The notes under the pieces: model-generated
Seen by the model: the letters and a program-made list of their open reading frames with translations, nothing else
Told to the model about the DNA's origin: nothing
The model's database searches: none
Part shown: one piece after another, positions 59,908 through 64,000 of the stretch
How the letters are laid out: the number at the start of each line of letters is the position of its first letter
Numbering within the stretch: position 1 is the first letter of the stretch
Origin: Gammaproteobacteria bacterium
GTDB lineage: Bacteria > Pseudomonadota > Gammaproteobacteria > Steroidobacterales > Foliamicaceae
NCBI GenBank assembly: GCA_009845905.1
Contig: VXYS01000013.1
Coordinates: 98,924-162,923 of the forward strand
DNA length: 64,000 bases
Direction: 5' to 3'
Program-made: the position numbers and the translations under genes

Positions 59908-60400
59908 CGCTGGCGGTATCGGCAAGCCGCGGCCTGCCGATGTTGTTGACGACGATTGCGCGCGCCGCGCTGCTTCCGCGCCGGTCGCAGACGACCAGCG
60001 TGCCGTTGGTGGAGCGCCCGCGGAACGGCCTGAACACGAACCGGGTGCGATTCGAGCGAATGGACAAACCGGCCTGGCCCCGCGATCGGTAGAGGATCGA
60101 ATCCGGCGGCGGTGCATAGGGCGTGGAACCCGTTGAGCCGTCGTGGACAATCCAGCCGGCGCCCCAATCCTCCGCGGCCCCGCACCGCGATCCGTCCGGG
60201 CTGGGACACACAGTCGTGTCCCGGCCGTTCTCGGCGGCCGTGCGGCGTGCGAAGTGCAGGCTGCGGATCAATCCGTTGATCGTCGTGCTCCGCTGCAGAT
60301 TGAGCATTCCGGTAGTGATCACGGGCTGGGCCAGGAGGACTGCAATGGAGCTGACAGTCAGTGCGATCAGGAGTTCCAAAAGCGAAAAGCCACGCATCAT
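59876..60400 (-). CDS. fimT: FimT/FimU (GspH-domain) type IV minor pilin
   Basis: MMRGFSLLELLIALTVSSIAVLLAQP, followed by a GspH-like body (LIRSLHFARRTA...). Confidence 0.75.
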   Translation of the reverse strand: MMRGFSLLELLIALTVSSIAVLLAQPVITTGMLNLQRSTTINGLIRSLHFARRTAAENGRDTTVCPSPDGSRCGAAEDWGAGWIVHDGSTGSTPYAPPPDSILYRSRGQAGLSIRSNRTRFVFRPFRGRSTNGTLVVCDRRGSSAARAIVVNNIGRPRLADTASGGDPLSCPPG

Positions 60401-60599
60401 GCGATCCCTTGCAAGCGCCGTTCCCGCGGGCGCAGAAGGGAAAATACGCGCTTGACGGAGCCCGCTGAAGACACCAATTGCGCGCGTTCGCCGACTAATC
60501 CGGCAAACGGGGTTTGCGATACAATCCGGCCTCTCTGGTGCAGCGCAAGGCGCTCGCGCGCAAGGGATTGGGCGAACGCAGTTAGCGCTGGACCACCCG

Positions 60600-60675
<76 letters not shown>

Positions 60676-60687
60676 CATAAGAATCGC

Positions 60688-61266
60688 ATGCGACTCATTA
60701 TTGGAATTTCGGGCGCCAGCGGCGTGATTTACGGCATCCGGCTGCTGGAGGCGCTGCGCGAAGCCCCGGAGGTGGAGACTCACCTTATTATCAGCAACGG
60801 GGGCAAGGTCAATATCGCGCTGGAGACGGACTGGAAGGTCCGGGACGTGGAGGCGCTGGCGGACGTCGTGTACTCCGACAGCGACGTGGCGGCCACGATC
60901 GCCAGCGGCTCTTTCGCTACCGGCGGGATGATCGTGGCGCCCTGTTCGATGAAGACGCTGGGCGCGATCGTGAATTCCTACGCGGCCAACCTGCTGGTGC
61001 GCGCGGCGGACGTCACGCTGAAGGAGGGCCGGAAGCTGGTGCTGGCGCCGCGCGAGACGCCGCTGCACGCCGGCCATTTGCGGCTGATGCACGAGGCGGC
61101 GCTGATGGGGGCGGTCGTTGCGCCGCCGGTTCCGGGCTTCTACGCCAAGCCCGCCAGCGTGGAAGACGTCGTCAACCACACCGTCGGAAGGCTGATGGAC
61201 CTGTTCGGCCTGGAAACGGACCTCGTGCGCCGCTGGCCGGGCGGCAAGGAAGCCGCGAAGAACTAA
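60688..61266 (+). CDS. ubiX: Flavin prenyltransferase UbiX
   Basis: Shows MRLIIGISGASGVIYGIRLLEAL, APCSMKTLGAI and ETPLH. Confidence 0.92.
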   Translation: MRLIIGISGASGVIYGIRLLEALREAPEVETHLIISNGGKVNIALETDWKVRDVEALADVVYSDSDVAATIASGSFATGGMIVAPCSMKTLGAIVNSYAANLLVRAADVTLKEGRKLVLAPRETPLHAGHLRLMHEAALMGAVVAPPVPGFYAKPASVEDVVNHTVGRLMDLFGLETDLVRRWPGGKEAAKN

Positions 61267-61745
61267 GAGGTAGGCGGGCGCCGGGCGCAGGTGGTCCAGT
61301 GACGGATGCGCCAGTCGCCGTCTATTTTCTCCGCCACCAGCGTACCCATGCCTTGCTTGGTGCGCCTCTGCCCGTCCCGCTCGGCGGAGGCCGTGAATAC
61401 GAACACACCGTAGGAAAGATCGCCGTTGCCGAAGGCGTGCACCAGTTCCGCCTTGTATTCCATGTTTTTCAACACTCCCAGCTCAAGGCTGAGGTGATTC
61501 TTGTCATAGTCCTCCCAGCCGTAGTTGGGATAGCTGGATTCGACACTCAGAAACGCCTCGTCGGTACGCATGCAGGCCTCGACTTCGGAAAGCTTCGCAG
61601 ACTCGACGCCCTTGGCGTAACGATCCAGCAATTCCTGCAGTTCGCGTTGCACTCCGCTCAGGGATTCCGCGGGACCGAGCAACGGCATGTCGGACAAGGG
61701 GCGCGTCACCCACGCCGGCATTTCTCTTCCACCTGGTGCGGCCAT
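61263..61745 (-). CDS. SnoaL/NTF2-like fold protein of unknown function
   Basis: 160 aa. The size and the pattern (...LLDRYAKGVESAKLSEVEACM...GDWRIRHW) suggest a SnoaL-like or DUF4440-like protein. This is a weak assignment. Confidence 0.45.
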   Translation of the reverse strand: MAAPGGREMPAWVTRPLSDMPLLGPAESLSGVQRELQELLDRYAKGVESAKLSEVEACMRTDEAFLSVESSYPNYGWEDYDKNHLSLELGVLKNMEYKAELVHAFGNGDLSYGVFVFTASAERDGQRRTKQGMGTLVAEKIDGDWRIRHWTTCARRPPTS

Positions 61746-61811
61746 GACGATGTCTCCTGTTGTGCGTGAACCGGTCTCAACTTTACCGCAGACTCGGCGT
61801 ACCGGCTAGAA

Positions 61812-62615
61812 TTGCGCGCCATGAACGAGCGGAAAACGGCCATCGTAACGGGATCGGCCACAGGTGTCGGCGCGGCCGCGGCGGAGTTGCTGGCGGAACG
61901 CGGCTGCAACGTCGTCGTGAACTACACGCGCAGCGAGAAAGAGGCGCACGAGACGGCCGGGCGCTGCGAGGCGGCCGGCGCGGAGACGCGGGTCGTGCAG
62001 GCGGACGTTTCCGAGGACGACGACTGCCTGAAGTTGGCGGCGGCGGCCATGGACGCCTGGGGGCGGATCGATTACCTGGTCAACAACGCCGGGCGGACCA
62101 AGTTCAACCCCTTCGCCAATCTTCACGGCATCGACAAGCAGGACTTCCTCGACATCTACGCGGTCAACGTGGTGGGCACCTACCAGATGATCCGCGCCGT
62201 GGAGCCGCACATGCGGGCGCTGGACAGCGGCGCCGTGGTCAACAACTCTTCGATCGGAGGCGTGACGGGCATTGCGTCCTCGATTCCCTATGCCGCGTCC
62301 AAGGCCGCCCTGAACCTGATGACGAAGTCGCTTGCGCACGTGCTGGGACCGGAAATCCGCATCAACAGCGTCGCGCCCGGCATGATACAGACGCGCTGGC
62401 TGCAGGGCGGCATGGGCGACGAGGCTTACCAGGCGATGCTGGACATGGCCACCCAGGCACTGCCGCTGAAACAGGTCGCCGAGCCGCACCACGTCGCCGA
62501 GGTCATCGTCTGGTTCCTGGAAGGCGCCCCGCTGGTGACCGGCGAGACCCTGATCGCCGACAGCGGCATACACCTGGGCCAACTGCCCACACTCGCCACC
62601 GGCGACTCCGACTAG
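61812..62615 (+). CDS. Short-chain dehydrogenase/reductase (SDR)
   Basis: Cofactor motif TGSATGVGAA, NNAG, and the catalytic YAASKAAL. Confidence 0.85.
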   Translation: MRAMNERKTAIVTGSATGVGAAAAELLAERGCNVVVNYTRSEKEAHETAGRCEAAGAETRVVQADVSEDDDCLKLAAAAMDAWGRIDYLVNNAGRTKFNPFANLHGIDKQDFLDIYAVNVVGTYQMIRAVEPHMRALDSGAVVNNSSIGGVTGIASSIPYAASKAALNLMTKSLAHVLGPEIRINSVAPGMIQTRWLQGGMGDEAYQAMLDMATQALPLKQVAEPHHVAEVIVWFLEGAPLVTGETLIADSGIHLGQLPTLATGDSD

Positions 62616-62622
62616 TGCTCCG

Positions 62623-63600
62623 TTGACACCGGGCGCGGATACGAGCGCCGGTCTGGCGCAACTCAAGGCGCGGCTGAAGCTGCCGGCGTTCGCCGCGCCC
62701 ATGTTCCTGGTTTCCGGGCCCGACCTCGTGATCGAGGCCTGCAGGGGCGGCCTGATCGGCGCATTCCCGTCGCTCAACGCCCGTCCTCTCGAGACGCTGG
62801 AGGACTGGCTCAAGCAAATTTCGACGACGCTGGATGAAGAAGAGCGGGCAAATTCCGGCACGACCGCTCCCTGGGCCGTCAACCTGATCGTTCATCGCAC
62901 CAACAAGCGGCTGGCCGCCGACCTCGACCTCACCGTCAAATACCAGGCCCCGATGGTCATCAGCTCGCTGGGCAGCCCGAGGCTGGTGCGCGAGGAAGTG
63001 CATTCCTACGGCGGCCTGCTGTATTGCGACGTCAACAGCCTGTTCTACGCACACAAGGCGGCCGACGCTGGCGTCGACGGCCTGATCCTGGTGGCGGCCG
63101 GCGCCGGCGGACATACCGGCATGATCACGCCGTTCGCGTTCGTGGCCGAGGTGCGCAAGTTCTTCGACGGCGCCATCGTGCTGGCCGGAGGCATCTCCTC
63201 GGGCGCCGACATTGCCGCGGCAATTGCGATGGGCGCGGATTTCGCCTACGTCGGAACCCGGTTCATCGCCGCGCGCGAAAGCCTGGCGTCGGACGGCTAC
63301 AAGCAGATGCTCGTGGACAGTGGCGCCGACGACCTGGTGCTGACTCCCTACTTCACCGGCGTACCCGCCAACTTCCTCAAGGCGAGCATTAAGAAAGCCG
63401 GGATCGACCCCGCCGAGTTGGGGAAGGCCAATCCGGAAATCCAGTTCGACAACGAGGAGAAGCGCGGAAATGCCTGGCGCGACATCTGGTCGGCCGGGCA
63501 GGGCGTGGGATCGGTCGAGAGCGTGCTCAGCACCGCCGAACTCGTCGCGGAGCTCGAAGACGGCTACCGCGAGGCCATAGCTCGCCTCAACAGGAACTAG
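62623..63600 (+). CDS. Nitronate monooxygenase (NMO / 2-nitropropane dioxygenase-like FMN TIM barrel)
   Basis: Shows PAFAAPMFLVSGPDLV, AAGAGGHTG and YVGTRFIAARES. It has a TTG start at 62623. Confidence 0.8.
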   Translation: MTPGADTSAGLAQLKARLKLPAFAAPMFLVSGPDLVIEACRGGLIGAFPSLNARPLETLEDWLKQISTTLDEEERANSGTTAPWAVNLIVHRTNKRLAADLDLTVKYQAPMVISSLGSPRLVREEVHSYGGLLYCDVNSLFYAHKAADAGVDGLILVAAGAGGHTGMITPFAFVAEVRKFFDGAIVLAGGISSGADIAAAIAMGADFAYVGTRFIAARESLASDGYKQMLVDSGADDLVLTPYFTGVPANFLKASIKKAGIDPAELGKANPEIQFDNEEKRGNAWRDIWSAGQGVGSVESVLSTAELVAELEDGYREAIARLNRN

Positions 63601-63630
63601 CAGGCAGCCTGGACTGGCTCGGTGCCCCGC

Positions 63631-64000
63631 CTAGCCGGTGGGCCAGCGGGTGTGGTGCAGGTCGATCACGTAGTCGTGCGAGTGGCGCAGGGGCTCGTGG
63701 CGGTGCGGATGGCTGTGCGGTTCCTCGCCTTCGTCGCCTTGGTGAGCATGCTGGTGATGGCGGTCGTGGAAGTGCCTGTGGGTGTGTTCCACCCCCTCAT
63801 GCTCGTGCAGGAGTTCCTCGTGGTCCTTGCGCGGCCACAGCCGAGTGCCCGCCAGCGCCAGCACGATGCAGAGCAGTCCGAGGATCAGGCCGGCGGTCGA
63901 TAGTCCAAGCGTCGTGCCCAGCCATCCCGCTAACGGATACCCCACCAGCCACGCGCAATGCGACAGCGAGAAGTGCGCCGAGAAATACGCTGGCAGGTCG
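63631..64000 (-). CDS. C-terminal part of a membrane transporter (MFS-like) with a His-rich cytoplasmic tail; N-terminus beyond the window
   Basis: The reading frame stays open to the window edge (...LPAYFSAHFSLSHCAWLVGYPLAGWLGTTLG...). The tail reads HEHEGVEHTHRHFHDRHHQHAHQGDEGEEPHSHPHRHEPLRHSHD. Confidence 0.55.
   Translation of the reverse strand, partial: DLPAYFSAHFSLSHCAWLVGYPLAGWLGTTLGLSTAGLILGLLCIVLALAGTRLWPRKDHEELLHEHEGVEHTHRHFHDRHHQHAHQGDEGEEPHSHPHRHEPLRHSHDYVIDLHHTRWPTG

Overview
High-GC proteobacterial chromosomal segment. Gene order resembles Gammaproteobacteria: ispB next to rplU-rpmA-obg, and murJ-ribF-ileS-lspA next to a type IV minor-pilin operon, as in Pseudomonas. I call about 59 protein genes, 2 tRNAs (Pro-CGG, Thr-CGT), two families of intergenic palindromic repeats, one strong hairpin and two tentative promoters. 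There are no rRNA genes, CRISPR arrays, transposases, integrases or phage genes. Housekeeping blocks are: icd; a tightly overlapped propionyl-CoA to succinyl-CoA operon (mcm-pccB-pccA-meaB::epimerase fusion); ribosomal proteins L21, L27 and S20; obg; kbl-tdh; murJ-ribF-ileS-lspA; and ubiX. The most interesting part is an accessory-looking block at about 30.7-49.3 kb, which looks lower in GC by eye. It contains four things. (i) A divergent pair of flavin-reductase-like proteins that each carry a PCP_red-like C-terminal module, plus an MDR reductase. (ii) A thioredoxin-fold::unknown-domain protein translationally coupled to a Cys-type member of the UGSC (seleno)protein family. (iii) A TonB-dependent receptor and a lipoprotein-type quinohemoprotein PQQ alcohol dehydrogenase. 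(iv) A mauB-E-D-A type TTQ amine dehydrogenase operon with no amicyanin or mauG gene, whose light-chain gene is coupled to an unusual periplasmic cytochrome c::phosphotriesterase-family fusion. All functional calls rest on my own reading of the supplied translations and the DNA. No database search was run.
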